Source: an uncultured bacterium
GTDB lineage: Bacteria > Babelota > Babeliae > Babelales > JABCYS01
DNA: 64,000 nucleotides
Assembly: GCA_963705705.1 (NCBI GenBank)
Contig: CAVPKK010000007.1
Coordinates: forward strand, 1 to 64,000
Direction of reading: 5' to 3'
Below, piece after piece: positions 49,156 through 59,429 of this stretch. Below the pieces are notes generated by a model. That model was not told the origin of the DNA. It saw only the letters and a list, made by a program, of their open reading frames with translations, and searched no databases. The position numbers and the translations under genes were made by a program. Position 1 is the stretch's first letter, and each line of letters opens with the position of its first letter.

Positions 49156-49701
49156 TTATGCAGATTCACGCCTCAACATTGCTATAGCATCGCTCACACT
49201 GCAGCGTTCGACAATACAAACTTCCTCAATCAAAAGTGCTTCGACTTGCAAAACATATGCTTTTTCGCCGAAGGAAAGTTCTTTGTATTTGCTAGCATTG
49301 CGCAAATCGCGATAAATTTGTGCGAGATCAAGCAAATCACCACGTGCAATTCTGCTCGTATATTCTCTATTGCGGCGTCCCCAACTCGTTCCAACAACCA
49401 CTACCGGCTTGGTTGGTTCAGCGAGCAGTTGAAGCATTTTTTTTATTGCTGCTTTATTACTTACCGGACGAATGCCGACAGCATCAAAATTCCCTGCGGG
49501 AACAAGTGCAGTAATCCCTTTTTTCAAAACGAGAAGCTCGAAAAAAGCAAGCAGATCTTTGCCAACGCTTTTTTCTACCACACGGTTAATTTTGGCAACA
49601 CCATGGCCCGGATAAACTACAAAATCATTGACATCAAATAATGCACCGGAAATTACTTTGGCGCTTGGAGATTTGGATTTATTTGCAGCGGCGACAGTCA
49701 T
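49156..49701 (-). CDS. carD: CarD family transcriptional regulator
   Basis: FDVNDFVVYPGHGVAKI, SWGRR, LSFGEK; start MTVAA after GAGGA. Confidence 0.92.
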   Translation of the reverse strand: MTVAAANKSKSPSAKVISGALFDVNDFVVYPGHGVAKINRVVEKSVGKDLLAFFELLVLKKGITALVPAGNFDAVGIRPVSNKAAIKKMLQLLAEPTKPVVVVGTSWGRRNREYTSRIARGDLLDLAQIYRDLRNASKYKELSFGEKAYVLQVEALLIEEVCIVERCSVSDAIAMLRRESA

Positions 49702-49852
49702 AAGCGGATTCCTCAGAACCAACCCGACATACAACCCATGACGGATAGTAACTATAGCAGAATAATTAAATAAGGACACTTCAGAATGTCTGTTTTTACT
49801 TAATGCGATTTGCTATTGTTTAGAGCACGACAATCTTAACAAGAGATTTTTT

Positions 49853-51235
49853 ATGAAGTACAGAAATCTTAGTCTTTTTCTATTATTTGTTTTGGTAAAC
49901 TCGGCGCAAGCCATGGATGACAAACTAGCTGAGGATAAAAAGAATTCCGAGCAAAATGAAAAGACGGGGCGCACATTTCTCAATTATTATACTAGGCATA
50001 AACCTAAGCTTGATTCTGATTTAAAAGGGGAGACCTTTGTGATTCCGACCTTGTCTTTGGTTGGTACGCATCTAACTGATTTAAATGGATTTGATAACCT
50101 CGAAGAAGTGGAAAAACTTCAGCATCTTATTCTCTATAGTAATCGACTCACTACTGCTAGTTTAGCGCCTTTATACAAGGCATCGGCCATAAGATTGCTT
50201 GATCTTTCTCATAATCGGCTTACCGATATCCCATCATGTATTTACTTTTTGCCATCGCTAACAGAGCTCCGGCTCGACCATAATAAATTCACTACTTTTG
50301 ATGGAGACTTTGCGCTCTGGTCTCAACAGCTTAAAATTTTACGGCTTTCGCACAACGAGCTACATTCGATACCTGATCACATGAGCGATCTGCGACGGTT
50401 GCAAGAGCTTCACCTTGAGAACAATCAACTCGCTTCCATCCCAGCTAGTATAGGTCGGCTCTATTGGCTTCGGCAGCTTTGGCTTAATAACAATCAGCTA
50501 ACAAGCATCCCTGAAAGCATTGGTGGCCTGTCAATAAGTGGTGACCTTGACACTCTTTATATATATAACAATCCAATACCACTGGGGCAAGAGCAGCTTC
50601 GCATGAGGTTAAAGTTGCCATTAGATTTTACCTTGGTCTTTAAGTCACCGCAGCAAGAGCGTGCTGAGCATGACTTATTCCAAGCGATCAGAGAACATGA
50701 TGTAATAACTGCTCGAAGGCGATTTAATTATATCCTCGTCGGCGCAGTTCGCGGGCCATATGATCGTAAGTTCAAGAATTTTATCAGGATTGATGTCACT
50801 AAAATCAGGGATAGCAATGGCAATAACCTGCTACACGCTGCAATCGATGGCCTTGTTGCTCAACTTCAGCCAGTTCAAAAAAAACTGACAGAAATTATAA
50901 GCAGCGCGCACCTAACGCAAGCGCAAAAATGGGCTCAATCGGGGCTTCTAGAAGACCATGTTGATGCCTTAAATTATCGCTACATGAAAATATTCAGAAT
51001 CCTTCTCTCATGCGATGAGGAATGTGTGAATGAGATGCTCTTTACGCCGAGTGAACGGGATCAACAAGTAGTTGATGCTATATTCGCGAGACTAGGGCCC
51101 GAAAGCCCAATTTATAAGGCCGTGCTGGAGGGCTTGATGCCCGAAAAGGCCTTAGCAGCAGAGGAATCCACCGACGCCGAAGATATGGAGGACCTAGGCG
51201 AAGAAAACATTCGCTGGCATGAGGAAGTTGGGTAA
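49853..51235 (+). CDS. Secreted LRR protein with ANK-like/coiled-coil domain
   Basis: NSAQA|MDD; TFLNYY cap; IPASIGRL-type LRRs; KIRDSNGNNLLH...LGPESPIYK. Confidence 0.9.
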   Translation: MKYRNLSLFLLFVLVNSAQAMDDKLAEDKKNSEQNEKTGRTFLNYYTRHKPKLDSDLKGETFVIPTLSLVGTHLTDLNGFDNLEEVEKLQHLILYSNRLTTASLAPLYKASAIRLLDLSHNRLTDIPSCIYFLPSLTELRLDHNKFTTFDGDFALWSQQLKILRLSHNELHSIPDHMSDLRRLQELHLENNQLASIPASIGRLYWLRQLWLNNNQLTSIPESIGGLSISGDLDTLYIYNNPIPLGQEQLRMRLKLPLDFTLVFKSPQQERAEHDLFQAIREHDVITARRRFNYILVGAVRGPYDRKFKNFIRIDVTKIRDSNGNNLLHAAIDGLVAQLQPVQKKLTEIISSAHLTQAQKWAQSGLLEDHVDALNYRYMKIFRILLSCDEECVNEMLFTPSERDQQVVDAIFARLGPESPIYKAVLEGLMPEKALAAEESTDAEDMEDLGEENIRWHEEVG

Positions 51236-51294
51236 ATTGGCAAAAACCGTGTCCAACCAGTCCTATTTACGCTAAAGATTGCTAGACTATTGGC

Positions 51295-52617
51295 ATGGAA
51301 AATACCAACTTCAAAACAGGTCTTAAATGGAGTTCCTTCGAGCAAGGAATCGTCCAAAGCCTTATACTTGGCCACCAGCTTCTCTTGGCGCGCGTGCTTC
51401 ATCTGCGTGACTTCGGCTATTGTAACGCCTTATTTTCCATCGTTTGGCTACTTAGCACCTGGCTCAACTTTGGATTTGATACATCGCTGTCGCCCTTATT
51501 TCATCGCGCAATCCAAAGTAAACAAACTTTTTGGCAAATCATAATTCGGCCGCTCATATTTCAGAGCTCTTTTATAGTTGCTATCCCGTTGCTGGTCGTA
51601 CCGTTGGCTATCAACCGATTGGGTTTTGAAACCGGAACTACTATTGCAATTTTACTCGCTTTTGCCGCCATGGTTGAAACAACGAAACGTATTTTGCGTT
51701 CCATTCTCCATTTTGCGGGTAAGTTTAAGCCATTGGCATTCTTAGAAATTGCTACAAATCTATTCTATGTTCTGATTGTTTGGGCCTATTATTATTGGCG
51801 CCAGGAGCTTTCGATGCCGATATTGATCGCTCCCTTTGTGGTAGTGACATTCGCCGAGGTAATTGGACTGTTGATTATTTTCAAACATTGGCACAAAACC
51901 TTGCCTTCAGAAGAGGGATCAAACCAGAAGCCGCCCATTCTTAAAACCCGGGCCACTGGCTACCTACACCAACTAGCCTCCCAATGTCTTTCAAGCAACT
52001 TGATCATCCCATTAGTTGCTAGTTATTTTGGGCTCAAACAAGCTGGTGCACTTTCATTGGCCTCTAATATTTCCTATTACATCACCACTTGTGTAAAAAG
52101 GACATTCGGCATGACTACAGGAACTGTGCTCGCACACGCTAAACCGCATGACCGTGCGACAAAACATGCATTAATCACCACGGCAACATCAGGACTATAT
52201 TTGCTGCTTTCCATAGTTGGCTGCGTTTGTATTTTAGTATTCCCATTCATTCTCAGTTATTTCTCTCAAACTACCGAGACAGTTGATCTGTTGCCCATTT
52301 ATCTCTTTTTATTCGTAGTGATCAGCGAGCAGTTTTTAATACCGTTCGAAAAAATCTTATTGACCGAAGAACATCCGCTCACCTTCATTTTCTTCCACTG
52401 TAGCTACCTGGCATTACTCTTTGGCGTATTAACCTATGCACCTAACCGCGTATTGCTCATCCTTGCAACGGTGGCAGTCAGATTAATCACTGCCGGCGCA
52501 CTTGTATTGATGTGTTACCGCAAGCTTGGGTTATATCCAAAGTTACCAGCTCATACGGCTGCATCATTAGCTACATTCATTGCAGTTGCACTTTCACAGC
52601 TTTTAAACGCTGCATAA
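51295..52617 (+). CDS. Multi-pass membrane protein, probable Wzx/MOP-type flippase
   Basis: About 12 TM helices; LLARVL...DFG...FS......NFGFD N-terminal pattern of polysaccharide flippases. Confidence 0.7.
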   Translation: MENTNFKTGLKWSSFEQGIVQSLILGHQLLLARVLHLRDFGYCNALFSIVWLLSTWLNFGFDTSLSPLFHRAIQSKQTFWQIIIRPLIFQSSFIVAIPLLVVPLAINRLGFETGTTIAILLAFAAMVETTKRILRSILHFAGKFKPLAFLEIATNLFYVLIVWAYYYWRQELSMPILIAPFVVVTFAEVIGLLIIFKHWHKTLPSEEGSNQKPPILKTRATGYLHQLASQCLSSNLIIPLVASYFGLKQAGALSLASNISYYITTCVKRTFGMTTGTVLAHAKPHDRATKHALITTATSGLYLLLSIVGCVCILVFPFILSYFSQTTETVDLLPIYLFLFVVISEQFLIPFEKILLTEEHPLTFIFFHCSYLALLFGVLTYAPNRVLLILATVAVRLITAGALVLMCYRKLGLYPKLPAHTAASLATFIAVALSQLLNAA

Positions 52618-52806
52618 GCTTACTTTCCCAACCCGGCCATAATTATGGCGTAAACATCCTGATTCAACGCAGTAGCAAGACCATCATGATGCATTGGCAT
52701 ATGCAACTCTTACAAACTATTGCAAATATGCGTACATAACCATTAAAATGGTCAACACAATGAATTTTGGAAATATAATAAAACAACAACAATGTAAGGA
52801 TCAAGA

Positions 52807-53346
52807 ATGAAGAATAAATTTTTAGTGCTTATACTTACGGCGCTACCGGTGATCAGCTATGCAACATCAGAAGGCGCTGGTTTAGTAAACGAGGCGTTCA
52901 TATTAGCCAATAAAACCAAGGCGCTTTTGTATTATAAATATAAAGCTAATCTCACAGGCAAGATTGGTGGTATCACCATGAAAGACAATACAACATCGGG
53001 CAGCGGTAAAATAGACAGCGGTAAGATGGCCAAAATGACCCCAATGATATCCATGGGTGGCAATATGAAAGATGTTTGGGGAAATGAAATTGATTTAAGC
53101 CTGTCAATTGAGCCCGCAGCAAGATGGTTTGCAGCTAAAGTAAGTCCAGCGGGTTATATTGTTATGCAGGACGAGCACAATGAACAGCTCCTGCGCTTAA
53201 AAAAATTGATTAAAACTGCAGAGGGTCAATACAGCATCCCAACGGGAGAAGAAGGTAATATTCCGCTTACTGAATTAACGGCCGCTCAGGAAAAAGAATT
53301 GGCTGCCGCACAGAGGCCAAAAGGTCTGAGCTCGTTGGAACTATAG
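52807..53346 (+). CDS. Secreted hypothetical protein
   Basis: AAGGA RBS; signal peptide ...VISYA|TSEG. Confidence 0.75.
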   Translation: MKNKFLVLILTALPVISYATSEGAGLVNEAFILANKTKALLYYKYKANLTGKIGGITMKDNTTSGSGKIDSGKMAKMTPMISMGGNMKDVWGNEIDLSLSIEPAARWFAAKVSPAGYIVMQDEHNEQLLRLKKLIKTAEGQYSIPTGEEGNIPLTELTAAQEKELAAAQRPKGLSSLEL

Positions 53347-53347
53347 A

Positions 53348-55393
53348 TCATTTAGCAATATCAGATATCAATTTTGTTTTTTTAGACTCTTGAACAGTTT
53401 CGGACTTAACTGAAATGATGTTGGCTTTTTCCTTCTGCTCACGTTCCTCATAAATCTTCCGCAATTGTCCGCTGACCTGTTTTAATGAGTGGACTTCTCC
53501 CTCAGCTTCGGAAGCCATTTCATAGTAAAATTCAAATAGCCCATCATATTTCTGGTATTCAGGAGAACCTTTGACAATCTCAACTGCCGGGCCCGAAAAG
53601 TCAGCGGGCAGGCTATAGGACTTATGCTGGACCGTATAGAAAATGTACTCTCCATCGAGGATAATGTTATAAACAGTCATGAATTTACCATGGCCTGGAT
53701 TTGATGGTGCTACATACAAAACATCAATCAAAAATATTTTTGTTACTGGTTCAGATATACGGAAGTGTTTCAACACATCTACCAGCCCATTTTGACTGGC
53801 ATCAATTTTTGAAAAATGATGAATCGCCACTCCAGGAAGCATGGATATAATTTGTGGTAGCTGGACCGGTAGTGTGCTCATATCAATTTTGAACGGAATA
53901 TTATTTGTATACAACAGTAAGGCAATAGGCCCAGTTTTGCTTTTGGCCGAACGTTGCTGTTGGAAGAATGACATGACATTCAGCGGCTTATCAACCGGTC
54001 GAGTTGCCGCCATGATTTTGCCGATCGAAATGATACTATTCTGCGCATTAATCAATGAAAACCAAGGAAGACCAGGCAATCTTACTTGCGCAGCTTGCAA
54101 CTCCTTAACTGTTCTTGATTCAATATCAATACCAAGGGCAACTGCGAGTTGTTTAAAGTTCAATGGCACTGCAGATGCATCATTGAAAAACTGATCAAAC
54201 GCATTTTTTTGCGTAAGTTGCAATTCCCCCTCTTTCCAGTCAATATCGTCACGCGTTAGCAAAGGATTTGTAAATGAACTTCTCCCATGATAGAAATAAT
54301 TGTATGTTATGCACCATCTTGCTACCGCTTCATCGCTGATCGCATAAGTCAGTATTGGATAAGAATATGTACGTTGTTCTCCAGCGCTTTTGTCATTGGT
54401 ATATATTATTTCTTGATTAAGACCTGCCGAATAACATGAAATATAAGCAAATAGTTTGATTAATAATTTATCTTCAAAAAAATCCAAAATTTGATGGAAT
54501 TGATCAACTGGTATGGATGCCACATCTTTGGTCTCAGTCCCATGCCCTATCATATAAATCGTCCATTCGGGAATTTGATCACTCCGCTTTTCTTTAGCAT
54601 AGGCAGACCTGCCCATGAATAATTTCGGCAATAAATCAATAAAATAATCTTCGCGAGGCGCATGAGCCCAATTCTTATCAACAAAGTCAATAAGGTGAGT
54701 CATAGAATCAGCAGAGACACGCTTCATCTCGTCGAGGAATAAACCATAGGCAAAAGTTTGTGGCGGTCCAATCTCACTTATATAGGAATTCGGAATTAAA
54801 AGATAAAAGGAATTTGTATTATCTACACGATAGATCAACCATTCGCTTGGCTGAAATCTTATATCGGCTATTAATGAAGGATACAATTTCTCCGAATATA
54901 TATCTAAAAAAGGCCCTGATAAGAATTTTTGCAATTGCAGTGCAAATCCTTTCTTTTCAATAACTGCATTAAGTTCGCTCAGAACTTTTGGACGATCGCT
55001 CTCAGGTGTATTGCGCAAAAGATGTAACTGATTATGCACTAATTGTTGAATTGCCAAGCAGGGATTTTCTTGAATTTTTTTTGGATCTTTAAGCTGCTCA
55101 TCAATCTCTGCACAAAATTTTAAATAGTTGTGCAGCACATTCGCCGAAGTAAGAATAGGGGCTACTTTATTATTAAGGGCCTCAAAAAATTCTATACCTA
55201 TCGCTTCAGCCGAACTTTTCTCTACGTCATCCAAAAAGATAAACAGCTTTCTCAGCGGACGCGGTTTATTTTCGGATATTAACTCCATTTGAGAAAATTG
55301 TTGTGCTCGTGGGCTTGACGGTGCTCCGCTTGTTGCAAGCAAACTTACAGACTCAATCGCAATTAGGAGAAATAAATTTTTTAATGCATGCAT
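53348..55393 (-). CDS. Secreted protein, candidate clan CD (caspase-fold) cysteine peptidase
   Basis: ...VSLLA|TSGAP; WTIYMIGHG and LFAYISCYSAG with His and Cys 36 residues apart. Confidence 0.65.
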   Translation of the reverse strand: MHALKNLFLLIAIESVSLLATSGAPSSPRAQQFSQMELISENKPRPLRKLFIFLDDVEKSSAEAIGIEFFEALNNKVAPILTSANVLHNYLKFCAEIDEQLKDPKKIQENPCLAIQQLVHNQLHLLRNTPESDRPKVLSELNAVIEKKGFALQLQKFLSGPFLDIYSEKLYPSLIADIRFQPSEWLIYRVDNTNSFYLLIPNSYISEIGPPQTFAYGLFLDEMKRVSADSMTHLIDFVDKNWAHAPREDYFIDLLPKLFMGRSAYAKEKRSDQIPEWTIYMIGHGTETKDVASIPVDQFHQILDFFEDKLLIKLFAYISCYSAGLNQEIIYTNDKSAGEQRTYSYPILTYAISDEAVARWCITYNYFYHGRSSFTNPLLTRDDIDWKEGELQLTQKNAFDQFFNDASAVPLNFKQLAVALGIDIESRTVKELQAAQVRLPGLPWFSLINAQNSIISIGKIMAATRPVDKPLNVMSFFQQQRSAKSKTGPIALLLYTNNIPFKIDMSTLPVQLPQIISMLPGVAIHHFSKIDASQNGLVDVLKHFRISEPVTKIFLIDVLYVAPSNPGHGKFMTVYNIILDGEYIFYTVQHKSYSLPADFSGPAVEIVKGSPEYQKYDGLFEFYYEMASEAEGEVHSLKQVSGQLRKIYEEREQKEKANIISVKSETVQESKKTKLISDIAK

Positions 55394-55408
55394 TTTATAC
55401 TTCAGTTT

Positions 55409-55759
55409 TTAAATCAGTTTATCCATCAGTTGGCGCAGATGCTCGCGTATCGTATCATTCATCTTGCTCTTACTTAACTCTCTGGCATTTTGCGCCTGTT
55501 CATACAGGTTGAGGCCAATGGGATTTGATGCGGTTAAATCGAAGCCACGTTTTTGCATTTTGTTTACGCGCGTTAATGCTTGCTGCAAATCAGCGTCTGC
55601 TTGATCCAGATTATTTGCTTGCATATCATCAGCGTATTGCTGAAGTAGATTTGCAACTGTCTCGTGATTCTGCGTCCAAACATCTCGCTGGGCACACGTA
55701 GGCAATACTGCGAAAAGAGTTGAAACTAAAATAATTGAAAACATATGTGCGTACTTCAT
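55409..55759 (-). CDS. Small secreted helical protein (stand-alone WTxxH module)
   Basis: AAGGAG RBS, signal peptide; homologous to the central modules of 56032 and 56841. Confidence 0.8.
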   Translation of the reverse strand: MKYAHMFSIILVSTLFAVLPTCAQRDVWTQNHETVANLLQQYADDMQANNLDQADADLQQALTRVNKMQKRGFDLTASNPIGLNLYEQAQNARELSKSKMNDTIREHLRQLMDKLI

Positions 55760-56031
55760 TAGATCTCCTTAATTAACTTTTTCACGTGGTAGCATTGGCT
55801 TTGTTATTCAATATTCAAAAATTTCAGCAACTATTACTGCATAGTTGGTCAACGCCACACAAATACTAAAAAACGATATCACGATAAAATTTTGGGGGGC
55901 TGCGGAAAAAAATGTGCTTCATATATGCCCACCGCGCCTCGTTTTAAATACGGTCAATATGGTTGCAAGCAAATTTGGCCAAGTCGATGTTAAACATCAA
56001 ATTCTTTAAATGGAAGAAAATAGGCAACTTT

Positions 56032-56844
56032 TTACTTTTGACCTTCAGCCTCATCCTTAAGCTGTTGTTGCAGATACATAGCGATTTGATCATGTCTTCG
56101 CTTGTGAAAGAATGCAACAGTTTTTATTTCTTGCCCATCTGGCATCTTATCATTCGGCTTGATCTTGCTTGGAACAACTGCTTTGACCATGAATAATGCA
56201 CCATTATCCAACCCATCACGCAGCTCATGCCAATCGTCGCCGGTCGGTGTTGCTGGCCTAGCTGGTGCCATCGCTGGCGCATAAAGATATCCATGTAATT
56301 TGGCCATATTTTCACCAAAGGCTTCCTGCTTGCCAACAATTTCTTCAACAAGATTTAATTGTTGACGCAGTGTTTGCTTTGTTGAAGGAGATTTAGCCTG
56401 CATATTCTCAGCGGCATTTACTATGGTTTCTACTTGCTTAAGAGCTTGTCCAAGATCTTTTTTAGCCTTAGGTTCATTGCCGTCGACAACGCTTTTCACA
56501 AAATCTTCCAATGCACGGGATGCTGCTGCATGGGCAGAGGTCCAGCCTCGCGTTCCTTCTTCTTTTTCTTTCTGCCTGGTACCTTCCTCTTTGATCTGCG
56601 TCTGTATATATGTTGCTACTTCATCAAACCTTTTCTTGGCATTGTTTGCTATACCAATTGGCGTTAAACCATGTTCATTTTGTTGATTAGGTTTAATTTT
56701 ACTTGGTACAATATCCTTAACCGTATCCAAATTACCACGAACAATTGCGACAGATAATTCTTCCCATGGGAGTGCTTGCGTAGATGTGCCATACATATTG
56801 CACATAATGCCTACTGTTAAAGCCGTAACAATATATATATTCAT
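56032..56844 (-). CDS. Secreted protein with divergent ankyrin-like modules
   Basis: ...NMYG|TSTQ; two IVPSKIKPN modules flanking a WTSAH module. Confidence 0.8.
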   Translation of the reverse strand: MNIYIVTALTVGIMCNMYGTSTQALPWEELSVAIVRGNLDTVKDIVPSKIKPNQQNEHGLTPIGIANNAKKRFDEVATYIQTQIKEEGTRQKEKEEGTRGWTSAHAAASRALEDFVKSVVDGNEPKAKKDLGQALKQVETIVNAAENMQAKSPSTKQTLRQQLNLVEEIVGKQEAFGENMAKLHGYLYAPAMAPARPATPTGDDWHELRDGLDNGALFMVKAVVPSKIKPNDKMPDGQEIKTVAFFHKRRHDQIAMYLQQQLKDEAEGQK

Positions 56845-58172
56845 GATTTCCCTTTTTTTTCACTTTTCAATTGTTCTACTTCTTTCAGTGTGGCAGTCAT
56901 ACTTCCCTCAACTGCCAAATCTGTTAATTCATGCCACAGTTCGCGATAGATCTCACTTTTGGGATCTAACTCTTTTTCAATCACAGAAAATACCCGCCCG
57001 CCTGTAGTTGGAAAGTACATTTCCTTCATACATTCTTTCCCGCAGGTGCGTAGTACATTAAGCATTCCTACAAAATGATCGTCAGTTCCTTTTTTATTCT
57101 TTTCTATCTCTGCAAGTTGATCTGCCCGTTTTTTAGCGGTCATAGTTTGATTATTGTTAAGCTTCTCAACAACTTGCCGATAATACGTCTGCTGTTTAAC
57201 AGCACCCTCAGCAAGAAGATACAATAAATTATTCCCGCTCTCATCATGGATTTTTGCAAGTTGCACACCAGAATTGATAGCTCGCTGAACTACCTTCGCC
57301 CGGCCTTCTTTTACTGCTTTCACCAGTTCATTTTGGATTGCTGCAGCTTTCATTTCTTCGGTTTGCGGAATTGCTTCTGGTACCGATGCTGGTATTGCTT
57401 GAACCGGTTGATATACCGGCAATGACTGCAAATAGTTTACAATATCATCATGTTTCCGCTTAAGATCTTGTGATTCTGAAGCAACCGTTCGATTATTTAA
57501 TTGTGCATTAGCCTTAATTTTGCTTGGCACGATTTTTTTTACACCCTCAAGAAAACCGCTATCAACTGAATCCTTGAGCGATTGGATATCTTCTTTCGTG
57601 GGTTCCGGAACAAACAATAAGTCATCAAGCATTTTCATATCTGGAGCTAGACCGGCAGGTATTTTGGACAACACAGAATTTATAAGTTCCAAGCTATTAT
57701 GGGCCTGCTGTGCAAGCGTAAATCCTTCAGGGTTTTTTGCCTGCGGGTTGCGTATAGTCTGAATCTTTTTTATAGCAGATTGCAGGAACGATTGTGCTTC
57801 TGTAATATTTCCGGCCAAGGCGCTATTTGTAACATTTTGCAATAATCGCGAAACAGCCACGTGATCAGGTGTCCATTCACTCGGTTTGGATTGTTCAGCT
57901 TTAAGCTCTAATTGCAGATAGGCTGCAACTTCATCAAATAATTTTTTTGCATTCTGGGCTATTTCAAGCGCTGTTTTTCCCGCAGGATTTTTCGCATCAA
58001 CCGCAATCTTACTTGGCACAATAGATCGTACGGTCGCAAGATCGCCCCGCACAATCGCCTGCGCTAATGGACCCCAGTTCGCATTTTCGGAACTTGCACT
58101 GGTACCGCATATATTGGAAAATACGATAAAAGAAGTCGCAACCAATAAGTGTCGTCTTGAAACCATCATCAT
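56841..58172 (-). CDS. Secreted protein: divergent ankyrin-like modules plus the C-terminal domain of the LRR family
   Basis: ...NICG|TSASS; IVPSKI modules, WTPDH module, then KIHDESGNNLL...LDPKSEIY. Exact start among three consecutive ATGs is uncertain. Confidence 0.8.
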   Translation of the reverse strand: MMMVSRRHLLVATSFIVFSNICGTSASSENANWGPLAQAIVRGDLATVRSIVPSKIAVDAKNPAGKTALEIAQNAKKLFDEVAAYLQLELKAEQSKPSEWTPDHVAVSRLLQNVTNSALAGNITEAQSFLQSAIKKIQTIRNPQAKNPEGFTLAQQAHNSLELINSVLSKIPAGLAPDMKMLDDLLFVPEPTKEDIQSLKDSVDSGFLEGVKKIVPSKIKANAQLNNRTVASESQDLKRKHDDIVNYLQSLPVYQPVQAIPASVPEAIPQTEEMKAAAIQNELVKAVKEGRAKVVQRAINSGVQLAKIHDESGNNLLYLLAEGAVKQQTYYRQVVEKLNNNQTMTAKKRADQLAEIEKNKKGTDDHFVGMLNVLRTCGKECMKEMYFPTTGGRVFSVIEKELDPKSEIYRELWHELTDLAVEGSMTATLKEVEQLKSEKKGKS

Positions 58173-58230
58173 TTCCCCTTGCATTAGCATGTCAGGCCCC
58201 ATCCTTACTCTCCCCAATCCCACCGCTTTT

Positions 58231-59331
58231 TTAAGCAAATTTAATATCCATTATTATAGGCATGTGATCACTCGCAGCACTGTAATAGAGATAAACGCCA
58301 TTGATTGGCAGATCCCAATCCGGCTGCAGTTTGCCTTTATTTGGATAACATGTTTTTAAGAAAATAAAGTCTAAGCTTCGGCCAGTCCAATGAGTAAAAT
58401 ATGGTTCAGGCATATGCGCTGCAGAAAAACAATCTTGGAAACATCCGCCATCTTGTTGAGACTCTAATATTTTTAACGCGCGGCCGTTGCGCGACTCATT
58501 GAAGTCGGCTGCAATAATTACATTCTTACCTCTATCGTAATTATTGGTTGCTTTCTTCAGTTCCTGAATTTCTGCAATCCTGCGATCTGGATCACTGACT
58601 TCTAAATGGGTGCCATAGATTACAAGGTTGCGATGACCATATTTTGATAGATCAATTTCAACTTTAGCAAATGATCTAATATCACGAGGCCCGCCAGTTC
58701 TGTTATTAAAATTGTGCAAATAAGGCGAATCCTTAAATGGAACTTTTGATAAGATCGCAACCCCGTATGGTTTATCTTTTGGTGCTTTTGCAAGAACATG
58801 ATATTTGTAGCCGATGTGCTCAAACCATTGATATATCGGATATTTTCCAAATTTGAATGATTCATTAAATTCCTGCAAAACTACAATATCCGGAGCTATT
58901 GTCTTAATGACATTTAAAATATTCTTAAAATCTTGCTCAGTTGGGCGAGATCTAAATTCCTTGGTCGGTGGCATAAAGCCATGAACATTGTACGTCATAA
59001 CGCGTAATATTTTTTTGCTATCATGGATCGGAATCGCATTTAACTTTGGATGTTCTTTTTCCAAGGATGCAATTTGCCGTATAAAATCTCTCTTGAACTC
59101 CGCTTTATTAGCAATCCCATTCTTTGACTTATCCCACAGCTCTACTGGCTTGAGCATGAGATTTGTGCATGGAGCAAATTTTTTTGCTTGTCCAACATCA
59201 TCGGATTCTTTAGCGCTTAGCACTTTATCTCGCTCTGCAACTTTGGCAGGCGCAGAAGTTGCGCAGAGGTTAGCATTAAAAAAGAACAAAATAAGTAAAA
59301 CGAATTTACTTGATACCGCAGCACAAAACAT
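58231..59331 (-). CDS. Secreted endonuclease/exonuclease/phosphatase (EEP) family protein
   Basis: LRVMTYNV, DIVVLQE, VAILSK, THL, ADFN, LDFIF, SDHMP; signal peptide ...NLCA|TSAP. Confidence 0.9.
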   Translation of the reverse strand: MFCAAVSSKFVLLILFFFNANLCATSAPAKVAERDKVLSAKESDDVGQAKKFAPCTNLMLKPVELWDKSKNGIANKAEFKRDFIRQIASLEKEHPKLNAIPIHDSKKILRVMTYNVHGFMPPTKEFRSRPTEQDFKNILNVIKTIAPDIVVLQEFNESFKFGKYPIYQWFEHIGYKYHVLAKAPKDKPYGVAILSKVPFKDSPYLHNFNNRTGGPRDIRSFAKVEIDLSKYGHRNLVIYGTHLEVSDPDRRIAEIQELKKATNNYDRGKNVIIAADFNESRNGRALKILESQQDGGCFQDCFSAAHMPEPYFTHWTGRSLDFIFLKTCYPNKGKLQPDWDLPINGVYLYYSAASDHMPIIMDIKFA

Positions 59332-59429
59332 AGTTTCCTTTGCATCCAATATGCGAATATCACTACTGTATAATGGTCTAACCCGACATTGCAACAATTT
59401 TGTATTAAAATTCGAAAAAATGCGCATCC

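Noticed and set aside
55770..55922. Possible decayed small secreted gene (MKHIFF..., hydrophobic frame IVISFFSICVALTNYA)
   Set aside because: Too short, needs a frameshift, and has no homolog in the window.
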